The notes under the pieces were generated by a model. That model made no database searches, was not told the origin of the DNA, and saw only the letters and a list, made by a program, of their open reading frames with translations. This document shows, piece by piece, positions 25,731-39,304 of a stretch of DNA of 64,000 nt; within the stretch, counting starts at the first letter, position 1, and the number at the start of each line of letters is the position of its first letter. A program made the translations under genes and the position numbers. This DNA comes from Chiloscyllium plagiosum (lineage: Eukaryota). The stretch covers positions 83,396,010 to 83,460,009 of the forward strand of contig NC_057711.1 in NCBI RefSeq assembly GCF_004010195.1, written 5' to 3'.

Positions 25731-28700
25731 CTGGATAGTCCTACATGTGTCTGCAGACCCCATAACATGTTCTATGTTCTATGTTATCAAAGGCTACAGC
25801 TGTGGTAGGAATGTCGGGGAAGTCAATCGTGAGGATTTGAAGATGCATGCTAGGATGGGAAGCAGGTAATAATTATGACATGGAGTGACTCAACATATAA
25901 GGATGGGAGCCAATAATGCAATGGAGAGCACAGGTTGCTGTAGGAGGGGTGTGTTATCAATGGTTAGCAGCACCCTGACTTTGATGGGAAGACAAAGAAT
26001 CACAATGATTGCTAAGGATAAGCTGTAGGTCCAGGACTCGGAAGTAATGTTGGCAAATGAAGAGGGAAGTCGTGGGGTAATGTCACTAGGCTAGCAATCC
26101 AGAAGGTACACAGGTACAAATTCCACTAGAGTAGATGGTGACGCTTGATCTTAATAAAGAAAATGTCTGGAATCAAAAGCTAGCCAAATAGCAAACATGC
26201 AGCTATTTGCAATAAATCTATCTAGTTCACTAATGTCCTTTAGGAAAGGAAATTTGCCTTCCTTACCTGGATAGTCCTACATGTGTCTGCAGACCCCATA
26301 ACAATTATTGTTGATTCTTGACCGCCCTCTGGCAATAAGCGAATGGCAATAAGTGCTCAAGTAGCCAGTGAAGCCCACATTACATGAGCAAATACTGAAC
26401 AAAATGAAAAACTTGTGTGGGATAATAGGGAACCTCAGAATTGATGGGTTTCAACATGGAATGTAAGGATGAAAAGAATATGAAGGTTTGGCAAGTTACC
26501 TGGACTAACAAGCTGACGAAGTGACTGACTGTGCTACACGTGTTACCTTGCAGCCTCATCTGAATTGTAAATATGCAATGGAAATGAAATATAACTGCCA
26601 TCACAACTGGAGTAGGTATTGTAAGCACTTTTCCCTGTGAATGTGGACTGATCAATGTGAGGCCCTTTAAATAGCTCATGGAATTCAGCATACACTTACT
26701 CAGTATGGGTTAAAGACATCTAGTAATGATAAAACTCTTCATGCGAAATGGATGCAATAACCAACTATACTGGCCACAAACAATTTTGTCAATGCGATTG
26801 GTCATTACAAATTGATCACAATCAACTCTGTGAAGCAAAAGTAACCAAATGAAACCTTAAAAGTGTCACCTATGGACCACAATTCACAAAGAAAATTAAA
26901 GGTCTCATAGGCAGCACAAGAGCATGGAACTGATTTCCTCTCACCTTAAACTGTAAATGGACATCAACATTCTCTAAATTACGGCTACCTTTCTTGGGTG
27001 ATATCGAGTGGGGGTAGAGACAACATTTCACTAATCCTACTGTGTGGCAAACACCTACTGTATTTGTGTGATATGGCATATGCTGTTCAAATTCAGACTA
27101 AGGTCCTCTATGTCAAATGTCCATGTACAGGAATCCCATGGTTCTTCTAGTTGGAGTGCTCCATATTATCAAGAACCATGTTAGACTGGCATTTGTGTGC
27201 AATATGAATACTGACTGTTCATATTACAAAGCACATGTTCTGTTTCTGATATTCCCCACAGCGGTTCATTGGAAATGTGAATAATGCAGTCAACCACAGC
27301 AAGGGTGATCATCACTTCAGTCGCAGTGTACTACAAAGGTACGGATAAATTGAGTGACAATAAATGCGCCAGCAAGCCCAGGTGGAGCAGTAACTTCCAA
27401 TGACTGTCAAATGGCCTCCATTTGAAGAAGTCACAACTGAAAGTCCCCTCAGGATGTGAAGGAGATACAGGAGGCTCAGAGTCTATTATCCTCAATGCCA
27501 TTTCCTTTAGATTAGTGAGGTTTATTGTCAATCCAGACGGAAGATGTCCCAGTACACTATCACAGAATTGTGTCAACTGCTGAAATGGGACATTAGCTGC
27601 AGGGGCAGGTGTCCATCCTATAACCAATAAGGTTATAGCTGCACTAAACTTTGGTGCAACTGGTTTCTTCCAAAGATCAAATGTGTGGGATCTCTTTATC
27701 CTCATTCCACAACTCTAATAAGTTGTTACATAATTACAAGTCATTTCTTCTTACAAAAAAGTAGATTACCAAATGATAAAAGTTGTCAAATACTTTTCAA
27801 AGCCACCATTCACAAATTAACAGTTTCTGCAAAAAATCAAATACTTTTTTTAAGACTGTTTTAGTTATCACATCTTATCATTTCTTCTACAGGACAGTCA
27901 ATTTACAAATATTTTCCCTGAATAATAAATGCACTTTAATCCTGAGTATGTGACTCTCAAAAGTTGAAATTCAGAAACAAATACCCAAATTGATCAAATT
28001 ACACTCATTCAAAGTTACAATATATTATTTTGCAATCATAAGCCATCCTTGTTAATCTTACTGATGGATTTTTTAAAGAACTCTGTTTAATTAAAAATCA
28101 TTTAGTTAATTTGGGGTTGACAAGATATCTTTACACAACTAGAGTTGACGATCCAAGTACTTTTTTTTAAATGTTAGCTCTTCGGAAAATATAATAGCAA
28201 CTAATGCAATTATTTCTAAACCATTACATAAGAGGTGATTTGTCCTATATTCAGGTTTATTAATGAATAGTGTGGCCTGTTGTCACATTAGCAATGTCAA
28301 AGTTTTTTCTGCTAATTCTGCTGCTGTGACACTAGTCCTCAGAAGTCTGTTTAGCAGGCATGGAACAAAATGATGCCAACAGCATGGAAAATATTTCTCA
28401 TTGACCTATTTTGCAAAATAAAGTGTATTAAATGCTAACATCATAATAAATGTTATAAAATATTAGTCAACCAGAAAAAAGGCAGACAAGAAATGAGAGA
28501 GCTGAAATTCATCAATCTGAGGTTTGCATGAGTGTGGTAGACACCCTGTAACCCTCAAATGCATTCTGAAACATACCTCTCCCATGTATTCAGTAACTCC
28601 AATACTTGGGACACTATATGTTTGGCAACACAAAAGGTCGCTCACTCTTTCCCTTTCAAGATAGCTCATCAATTTTATTTAATAAAAATCGCGTTGAGCC

Positions 28701-29664
28701 TGCCAGGCCTGCTATGTATCTGATTTAACCCTTGCACCTCCCTTGAAGCTGGTACATCTTATTCATCTCATTGTCCTCAGAGTACATTGATTCCTTATGA
28801 GAAAGTATAACTCTCAATATGGAGAATTCCTTTCTCATTTCACTGTTTAATTCTCAGGAGCAACACACATAACCCATGGAAGTGTTCAACCTCTTACTAT
28901 CCAGTGGGTAGTCCAGCGATAGGGATAATGTCAATCCTTCAAAGCTCCTTCTGTATTCCAATGTGCACTGTCAGAGAAATATTGGGATTATTTTCTTTGG
29001 TTCAAAAATGGCATCCGTACTAGATGCCTAGGTCCTAAATTCTAGAACCTTCTCTCTAAGCCTTGTCAACCTTCTAACTCTTTCTTCCTTTAAGATGGTT
29101 CTTAAAAAGTATTACTATAACTATGATTTTGGCAGCTAAACCTAAATGTTCTTCGGTATCAATTTTAGTTTGGTACTCACTCCGGTAATGTACCTTATCA
29201 ATTTTCCTACATTAAGTTGCTACGTAAAGATAGGTTGTCATTCTGTTAAGACGAGCTGCAACTCAAGGGAAATAGCAAAGTACCTCTCACTATATTAGTG
29301 TTTTTAAAGACTGGGGACACATAGAATAAAATGGGTTCCAGTCTACTACTTTCCTGCTGACCCCAACCTGTCCCCACATTAAAGCATTGGGCGGCCCACT
29401 CACCCTTCAGCCAATTGAGGCCCTTCAGTACACTTTCGTCACAGCTTTGCAACTTTCACTCCACTAGTAGCTGGAAGGCAGGAACTGGGAGGGTTGGGCT
29501 GCTGCTGAGGACTACACTCAGGGGAACCACCAAATTCATTCTTTGAGCCTGGTTGCTATTTCCATCAGAATGGCTGATCTCTGGGTAAGATGGCTGGGGA
29601 AGGCAAAGGTGACCATCCTCTTCTTACTGCAAATGAACACAGTGGGTGGCCTACTTCATCAAAC

Positions 29665-30345
29665 TGACTCCACCACCAGGGATATATTTCCCTCCCCTCC
29701 CCTCCCCTATCAGCGTTCTGAAAAGACCACTCCCTCCGTGACTCCCTCGGCAGGTCCACATCCCCCACCAACCCAACCTCCACTCCCGGCACCTTCCCCT
29801 GCAACCGCAGGAGGTGCAAGACTTGCGCCCACACCTTCCCCCTCACCTTCCTCCAAGGCCCCAAAGGAAACTTCCATATCCGCCACAGATTTACCTGCAC
29901 CTCCACACACATCATCTATTGCATCCTCTGCACCCGATGTGGCCCCCTCTATATTGGGGAGACAGGCCGNNNNNNNNNNNNNNNNNNNNNNNNNNNNNNN
30001 NNNNNNNNNNNNNNNNNNNNNNNNNNNNNNNNNNNNNNNNNNNNNNNNNNNNNNNNNNNNNNNNNNNNNNNNNNNNNNNNNNNNNNNNNNNNNNNNNNNN
30101 NNNNNNNNNNNNNNNNNNNNNNNNNNNNNNNNNNNNNNNNNNNGCATTTCCAACGCCCCTCCCCCAAGTCCCTCCTCCCTACCTTTTATCTTAGCCTGCT
30201 TGGCACACTTTCCTCATTCCTGAAGAAAGGCTCATGCCCAAAACGTCGATTCTCCTGCTCCTTGGATGCTGCCTGACCTGCTGCGCTTTTCCAGCAACAC
30301 ATTTTCAGCTCTGATCTCCAGCATCTGCAGTCCTCACTTTCTCCT
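29665..30345 (+). mobile_element. 5'-truncated Penelope-like element with Zn-finger-like linker and GIY-YIG start; spans an N gap
   Basis: Reads GTFPCNRRRCKTCAHT...FTCTSTHIIYCILCTRCGPLYIGETG; pLTR after the gap; 15 bp TSD cctacttcatcaaac (29650-29664, 30343-30357). Confidence 0.9.
29970..30143. other. Assembly gap
   Basis: Run of N. Confidence 1.
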
Positions 30346-31968
30346 ACTTCATCAAACAAGTTGAGTACTGTTCCGCTCCATCATTTTTGGTTCAAATACA
30401 GATATGAAACAAAGCTATTTTGCAGTAAGTACAGAAAAAGAAAGGAGAGAACTTTTGAAGAATTACAAGGGAATGTGAACAGGCTGAAAGAAACGAGAAA
30501 TGGGGTACCTAGGATAGTCTGGAGGCATACAGAAAATTCCTACTGAGTCTGGAGGGTTAAAGTTTATGTGCATCACTCATTGCAGTTTAATGGTGTCTTA
30601 TCTCAAAATTGAAAGACTCTGTTCTGCTGATTCCATAGCACACAAGATTTTTCTTTGGTTATCAGCTGTCTTAGACTAATAAAGTCTATCCATCTTCCTG
30701 CAGCTTAGCTTTAGTTTAATATGATTTTGCCATTATTAAGATTTTCCTAATATAATAAGTTATTCCAGTTTCTGGTATTTGCAGTATTTTTCTTTTATTC
30801 TCAAGTTCCTTTTGTTGCCGGGAATGTGTAAAACAGATTTTCCTTCATCCCTTCTCAAGCGTATCGATCGGCCCTTGACTTCCAGGCAAACATCCCAACT
30901 CTGCTTTCATTAATAGAATATACAGATTATACAGATTTTATTCATCCTTGTGAATTTTATTTATATGTATATATTTTAACAGATGGCAGGAAAAGTAATT
31001 CTTTTACTTCTGACCTTCCCATAATTACAATTTTTAGAAAGCAGGTTCTTATATTCTACAAGATCAACACTGATGATATAGGTTCATAATCTGAGCAATG
31101 GGTGAAAAATGTTTGCAGAATAAGAAATGTACATAACAAAAGGAGGACCAAAGGGTATTCTCATGTATTATAAATGGCTGACTTCCATTTGTGTTTTTTC
31201 AATTTCTGCAGATCTGTCTTATTCATGTGATGGTTCTATGGCATATGTACCATGTTCCATCTGAGCTATATAACCGCACAGCAAGCTGGAAGTTTCCAGC
31301 AGGCTGTCTACAACTTATGGACTGCTGCACAATCTTCTTTAAGTGGTCCACATAGTAAACAAAATAGCCATGCATTACAAAAAAAGAGGGTTACATTGCT
31401 ACCAGATGCTTTTGAGATGCCTTGCTCAATTTATCAGCAATCAAAGATGAAATGATAAAGGTGCAAATCTAATCTGTTGTCAAGATCTATGCATTGATGA
31501 GATATATTCTTCAATGCAAATTCACCCTGCAATCTGGTTGTTAATTGTTTCAGACAGACTTGCACCCAGTCACAGGTTTTTAATATCATGTTTCATGTGA
31601 AGTCTGACACAAAATATTCTTTGGATTTCTGGTGAAAGTATTAAGAGATTGAGGTGTAGGTTTGCCTAGAGATCTTTGCTAAACTTGAATAATGACCAGG
31701 CTGTAAAATGCAGTTTACTTATTGTTCAATACAGATAAGAAAATCAACATCTCAAGTGAAAGCTACTAATTAACCGTTGAGACAAACACTTGACTTCACA
31801 AGCCAGCGATATTTTGCAATTCCTCCACTCAGAGGTAGACAAATGTAATCTGGTGGCCATGTGTGAGAAAATCAAATGGAAGCCAATTGAAATATCAGGT
31901 GAAAGGTTCCACATCTTTCCACAGTGACTAGCAGAAAAGGAAAGGTGCATTTTGAGTTATGAAAAATA

Positions 31969-34900
31969 AAAACAAAGAACAGTACAGCAGAGGAACAGGC
32001 TCTACATCCAACCAAGCCTATGCCAATAAATAACGCTTTTCTAAACCTTTTGCCTCGATGCAGTCCATAACCCTGTATTCCCTTCCTATTCTTGGATCAT
32101 GTCAAGATGCCTCTCAAATGTTGCTATTGTATGTGCTTCTACCACCTCCCCTGGCAGCGCATTCAAGGCACTTATCACCCTGTGTGTAAAAAACTTGCCT
32201 TTCACAACTCCTTTAATAGTGCCTCTATTCCTGATGAACAGCTTTTGCCCGAAACGTCGATTTTCCTGCTCCTTGGATGCTGCCTGAACTGCTGTGCTTT
32301 TCCAGCACCACTCTAATCTAGAACTCAACTCCTTTAAACTATTTCCCTTTTACCTTAAACCTATGTCTCCAAGTAATTGACATTTCTACTTTTGGAAAAA
32401 AGACTCTGATTATCCATTTATTTCATAATTTTGTAAAAATCTATCAGGTTGCCCCTCAGCCTCCAACGATGAAGTGAAAGCAAGCCAAGTTTGTCCAATC
32501 TCTCCTCACAGCTAATACTCTCCAAATCAGACAACTTCCTGGTAAACCATTTCTGTACAGTCTCCAAGCTTTCACATCCTTGTATAGTGCGGTGACCAGA
32601 ACTTTACACAATATTCCAAATCTGGCCTAACTAACATTTTATACAATTATAACAAGACTTGCAAATTTTTATACTCTATGCCCCAACCGATATATTGAAG
32701 CATGCCATATGCCTTCTTGACCACCTTATCCCCTTGTGTTGCTACTTGTAAGTGACTGTTGACCTGTATGCCTAGGTCCCTTTGTATGTTAATGCTTCTA
32801 AGATTTCTGCCATTTACTGTATACTTTCTTCTTGCATTAGACCTTCTAAAATGTGTCACCTTGCATTTGTCTGGATTAAATTCCATCTACCAATACTCTG
32901 CTTGAGTCGCTGGCTTATCTATATCCTCTTCACAATCCAAAGCTCTCCCAATCTTTGTGTCATCTGCAAATTTATTAATCAGACAACCTATATTATCCTC
33001 CAGTTACAAACAATAGGGATTCCAGCAATGATCCCTGTGCACACCACTGGTGATAGATCTCCAGTCAGAAAAATACTCTTTGATCACTCTTTTCTGTCTT
33101 CTATGACCAATTTAGTTCTGTTGTCACTTCACCAGCTCACCACGGATCCCATGTACCTTTACCTTCTGTTTCAGCCTGTCATGGGGGATTTTATCAATGG
33201 CCTTACTATAGCACATGTAGACAACACCTACCTCCCTGCCCTAATCAATCATCTTTTCTCGCTTTCTCAAAAAACTCAATCAAGTTTGTGAGATATAACC
33301 TTCCCTGCAGAAAGCCATGTAAAATACTATTAATACGTCTATAGTTTTCTAATCCTGTCCCTTAAAATCTTCTCCAATAATTTTACTACCATTGATGTAA
33401 GGCTTACCAGCCTGTAGTTTCCTGGATTATCCCTGCTGCCCTTTTTTAACAAAGGAACAACATTGGCTATTCACCAGTCTTCTGGAATCTCTCCTGTGAC
33501 AGAAGAGGATGCAAACATTTCATATAAGATCCCAGCAATTTTATCAATTGTCTCCTTGAGTATTCTGGGATGGAATCCCATCAGAACCTGGGGGCTTATC
33601 TACCTGAATGCTTTTCAAAACACCCATCTCTTCTTTTTTTATATTGATATATTCTAGAATGTCAACATACCCCTCCTGAAACTCAATTTCTACCATGTCC
33701 TTCATCCTTGTAAATATCAATGCAATTTTTCATTTAGGACATCATCTACTTCCTCCGGCTCCGTGCATAAATTCCCTCCTTTGTCCTTGAGTGAACCTAC
33801 CCAATCTCTAGATACCCCCTGCTCCTTCTATCTGTATAAAATGCCTTAGGATTTTCCTTAATCCTGTTTGCCAAGAACATGTCATGGCTCCTTCTAGCCC
33901 TCCTAACTTCTTGTTTAAGTTCTTTCCTGCTTTCTTAATATTCTTTAAAGGCTTTGTCTGTCATCAATTTCCTAACCTTATTCATGCTTTCTTTTTCTTT
34001 GTAACTAAGCTCACAATTTCTCTTGTCATCTATGGCTCACAAACAATGCCATTTTAAAAGTTCATTTTCACAGGAATATGCTAATCCTGATCTCTAATCA
34101 AATTGCCTTTAAAAGACTCCCACATGACAGATGTTGAATTACCCTCAAACAGTTGCTCCAATCTACATTAACCAGTCCTGCCTAATATTGTCATAGTTAG
34201 TCTTCCCCCACTTATGGAATTATGGTCATTGTTCTCAAAATACTCCCCCACTGAAACTTCAATCACCTGACCAGGCTCATTCCCAAATACCAGGTCTAAT
34301 ATGGCCCCTTCCTTAGTTGAATTATTTACACATTTTTTAAAAAGTACCATTCTGGATGCACCTAACAAATTCCTACCCTATGCATGCCCCTGGCACAAAG
34401 GCAGTGTTGGGGAGCAGTTAAAATCACTCCCACTGCAATAACCTTGTTGTTGTTAAGTTTTTCCATAATCCATTTACATATCTGTTCTTCTGTCTCCCAC
34501 TGTCTGTTGGGATACCTGTCGTGAAACCTCTTCAAAGGAACTGTACCCTTGCTATTCCTGAGCTGTACCCATATAGCCTTGTTGGATAAGCCCTCCAATG
34601 TAAATAGCTATGATATTTTCCCTTATTAGTAATGCAACTCATCCACCTTTTTTTACATCCCTCTCTATCACACCAGAAACATCTAAATCCCAGAATGTTA
34701 AGCTGCCAGTCTTGTCCCTCTCTCAATCAAATCTCAGTAATAGTTACAACATCATAGTTATATGCACTAGAATAATAGTCATAGAATCATGGAAATAGAC
34801 CCTTTGGTCCAACTTATCCATGCTGACCAAGTTTCCCAAACTAAACTAGTCCCATTTGTCTGCAGTTGGCCCATATCCCTCTAAGACCTTCCTAATCAAG

Positions 34901-35338
34901 CACCAAATGTTTTTTAAATGTTGGAACTGTACCTGCATCTACCACTTGCTCTGTTGGTTCATTCCACATACAAATCACTGTCAGTGTGAAAAAGTTGTTC
35001 CTCTAATCCAAGATCAAAGTTACTTCAGATAACCAGTCTCGCCATGCTCAGTAACCTCTCCCTGTCTCTTTTTCCTCTTAGTCTCTGACTCCTCCTCGGC
35101 CATTTCACACGCTGACCTATTGCTCCAGTTCCCACTCCCCTGTCACTAATTAAACCCTCTCGAATGACACTAGCAAACCTGCCTGCCAGGATATTGGTGC
35201 CCCTCCAGTTTAGGTGCAATCTGTCTTTCTTGTACAGGTCCACCTGTCCTGAAAAACCTCCCAATGATCCACATATCTGAAACCCTCCATCCTAGCTCTT
35301 TAGCCAACTATTTAACTGTACTTTCTTCCTATTCGTAC
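31969..35338 (-). mobile_element. Long degenerate CR1 LINE (ORF1 esterase C-terminus, endonuclease, RT, 3'UTR)
   Basis: Minus-strand peptides DRLHLNWRGTNILAGRF (SGNH-type ORF1), EGAILDLVFGNEPGQV (EN) and MEFNPDKCKVTHF (RT C-terminus); a nested CR1 3' fragment at ~34775-35003. Confidence 0.85.
32217..32325 (+). mobile_element. Single-arm PLE pseudo-LTR inserted in CR1
   Basis: CTGATGA at 32231-32237...GAAACGTC at 32251-32258; 12 bp TSD caactcctttaa (32205-32216, 32326-32337). Confidence 0.8.
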
Positions 35339-36099
35339 CTTTATTGGCTGATATATTACCTGCCCACGGTAAAGAACGAGGGTAGTTTGGGGTCGATAGG
35401 AGATGGTGGGCTAGCACCTTTTTATTTTTAACATAGCCCTTAACCTGTAGTTATCCCTTTAATGGGCTGTAAAATTTCTCTAATCACTTTAAAACATAGA
35501 TCATATGTTTTCATTTCAATGAATATCTAATATATTGGGTTGAAATTTATCAAAATTTCAAAATTACCTAAAAATCAGCGAAATGTCAATGTCAGAGAAT
35601 TTCATGGACAGTTCATCCCTGCCTGCGCTCACATGCTATTTCTTGCAATTTTTCACTGGTTACCGCATTAGGTATGTACCATGACACCTCTCTCCTGTTA
35701 TCTTGTACTCAGCACAGATATCAGATATAAAATTCATCTGTGCAGTATGTCAAACACTGCCAGACTGGCCTGAAGTAGCCACCAAGGTCCATGCGGTGCC
35801 CATGGTTTGGAGGAATGTGCAGCAAGACCGCAAAAAGAATGACCTTCTGCATTTTGCAAGGGGAAGTGCCACCATCTTCTCTCTGTGACCTCACACTCAT
35901 TCTAACTCAACCATTGTAGCCAGCTCCCATCAAGGCTCATGGTCTACCATGCTCAATATTGCATGCAGCACTGCCCTCTCACCCTCTCATTTGTTTTGCG
36001 TACTTGCCGTCTCATAGTAGCTTTCAAAGGGTCTTTTTGGCATTTAAAATTTATAATGTGGTACTCAGTGCTATAAAATGAAACGTGATTTTGACAACT

Positions 36100-37740
36100 C
36101 CAGGTATGGTCTAAATAAACTTCTGTAGAGCTGAAGGAAATCTTGCCTGCTCCCGAATGTAAATGCTCTTATAACACAGTGTAATATTCCATTAGTCTTC
36201 CTAAAGGTTTGCAGCTTGTTAGCCTTCAATGACTTATCAATGAGGACACCAGGTCACTTTATAAATCTACACTCTTGTAGCCTCTGACCGGCTGTACTTC
36301 CTCCTAAAGTGGAAATCTCACACACTTCCACATTATATGCCATGCTCTTGCCCACTCATTAAGTCTGTCCAAATCCTCCTGAAGCTGTTTTACATCTCCC
36401 TCACAACACACATTCCCACTTAGTTTTGCATCATTAGTGTATGGTAAAATATTACATCTGATCATCAGCTCTTCAGTATTGTTATATTTATGTATAATAC
36501 ATAGTGAACAGTTCAGGCTTTTGTGGTATTGATGAGTTGCAGTCTACCATTGTGAGGATGACCTGTTTATGTCTACTTTTTGTTTTCTATCTGTTAGTCA
36601 ATCCTTAATCCATGTCAGAACATTATCTTTAACTCATGTGCTTTAATTTTGCTAACTAAACTTCTGTGGGGGACCTTATCAAGAGCCTTCTGAAATTTCA
36701 AGTACACTATTACTGCCTTTTATCAATTTTGTTAGTAACATCCTCAAAGAGACTCCACAAGTTTTCCCATTCATAGGCCCATGCTGTTGATGTCCAATCA
36801 GATTATGTCCAAGGATGTTTGTAATAAATTCTAGCCCCTACTGATGTAAAGCTGAATGGTCTATAGGTCCTTGTTTCCTTTCACATTTCTTTCTTAAATA
36901 GCAAAGCGACATTTGCTATTCTCCAATCCATAGGAATCATTATGAGATCTATAGAGTGTTGGAAGATGCTCACCAATGCATTAACTATCTCTAAAAAAAA
37001 ACTTCCTTCAACACTCCAGATTGTAGAATATCAGGGCCTGGAGACTTTTCAACTTTCAGTCCCATTAATTTCTCCAGTATGACCTTCTAAGTAATATCAA
37101 TTTCTTTCAACCCCTCATTCTCCCTAACCCTAATTGGATCTTTAATTCTGGAATATGTCTTGTATCTTTCTCAGTGAAAACAAAGCAAAATGTACTCATC
37201 AAGGATTCTCCAGGGATTGCCAGGATGCCACTGCCTCTGCTTGCGACAGTTTAAAGTTTGGGGACATAAGTGCAGAGGAATTAGGAACTACATGAGACCG
37301 CTTGGCCTTTCAATCCTGGTCCAGTATGAATAAGATCATAGCTGATCTGGTTGTGATCACATCTCCACACTACTCTCAGCCTCCCAAAATCCTTTGCCCT
37401 CAGTGTTTATCAAAAATCTATATACCTGAGCCTGGAGTAAATTCAAAGACCTAGCCTCCACTATCTTCTGCAAAGGAGAAATCCATACTCAAACAACTTG
37501 TTGAGAGAGAGAAAAGAATTCTTCATCTATGTCCCCGCTCAGCTCTTCTCTGCTCTAAAGAATTAATCCAAACCTATTTAGTCTCTCCTTATAACTTAAC
37601 TTCTCCATCCTCGGCAACATCCCCATGAACCTCCTCTGTACCCCCTGTAGTCCTATCACATCCTTCCAGTAGTGATGTGATCAGAACTGCACTCAGTTCT
37701 CCAGCTAGGATTCCAATAGGATTCTCCCATGCAGCATCAC
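36100..37740 (-). mobile_element. Ancient CR1-like LINE remnants
   Basis: Degenerate antisense RT/3' motifs (gaccttatcaagagccttctgaaa, cagggcctggagac, gatcagaactgcactcag). Confidence 0.55.
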
Positions 37741-39304
37741 AATACTCTCCTCCTTCCCTGATGCTTCTGGGATGCTCAGACAGTATCAAGAATGTTTCTG
37801 TGAAGGTCAAGGCATGAAAATGAGCTGAGCTGACAAATTGATCTGCATTCTTGTCAGGGGCAGTAGAGTCGTACACTGCCTGATTTACACCAGAGGCCAG
37901 ACAGCTGGTCCTTTTTTCACTTGTCAGTGTTAGCACGAGTTTATCAATGAGGGCATGAAGGCAGCACTCCTTTAAATTATTTTTAATATTCTCCCAAGTT
38001 ATTTAAAATATCTCTCCTGTTTCTTCATTTCAGACTGAAACGAAAGGAAGCAGAAGACATTGAACAATAAGTATTTACAGACATTCCAGAAATAAAATGG
38101 GAAGATAATTTTTTTCAGTTTTGCAAAGAAAAAATCTACAATGTATATAATCTAAGCTTCAGTTACATCTTGATATATTGGTGTAGACTGATACATTAAT
38201 ACTTAGAAAGAGAAGGGTAGCCATCACAGACGAGAGGAAACACCTGCAGCTAAAACAGCTGCAAACTGCAGGCCCTTATACATTTAAATAATTATACTTA
38301 ATCATCATTCAACAGCTGACTCAAATAGCAGCTTTACAAATGATGTCGATAGAAATCATCTTAAGATCAATGCCAAGCTCACCGAATGCTATTTAACTTC
38401 ACCTACAGCTTTCTTCCTTGTTCAATGCTAATATATTCCATCAATCGTTTGCCAACCTTTCATTAGGAATAGTGTTAACAGAAGTACTGAGTGTGCAGAC
38501 ACTTGAAGCTTGCCCAGTTTCATAAAATGTCCTTATTTAACAAGCTGAAATAGAGTTCTTCTAGGATCTGTGGAATGCAAATTTCTGTTGAAACAGAAAT
38601 ATTATCTTAATGCTGCAAATTATCTTCGCTGATCTCCTTCAGAAATGGTGGAAAACCTGATCCTTGCGCTATATGAGATATAGCATTTGAATAGCAAGTT
38701 TATTAGCTGGTCTAACCAAAATTTACACAGAAATTTACACAATCAGGCTTATTATAGTCTGCAGACTCTATGCACAATGCTGGATAGTTCCGAATCAGAC
38801 TGATTGACCTTCAATGCCAGAGTTGTTCTGACTTCCAAATCAGTGCGCATGAGCAGAATGTTACAAGCCTCCCAGCAGGTTTCCCACGGTTGACCTTCAT
38901 GTGAACCTACTGCCCAATTGGAGTCAAAATTAATACAGCCTTCCCCAATCGGTGGGTGACTCAAGAAACTAGATCTCATAATTATATGTTGTACCCAAAA
39001 CAGAAAGTACCTATTAACCCAAGAAACTTTATCCTTCATTGCTGTGGTTAATGAGCTTTGGAAGAATCTTTTCCCAGTCTTGGAAGCATTTATGGAAGGT
39101 TCTTAATGAGGCTCTCATTTCCAATCCCTTAAGACCAAGGCAGTCAGACCTCCACTAATCTGACAGGCAACTGGTTTAGTCATTCACTGCCAGAGCTGGT
39201 GAAACAACATAAAGTAATATTTAATTTTGTTCTCATCTGCCAAACTGTTCACTATTCCACAATCACCCTGGAATACAGAGGTAACCACTAAATTCCTTTC
39301 TCTA

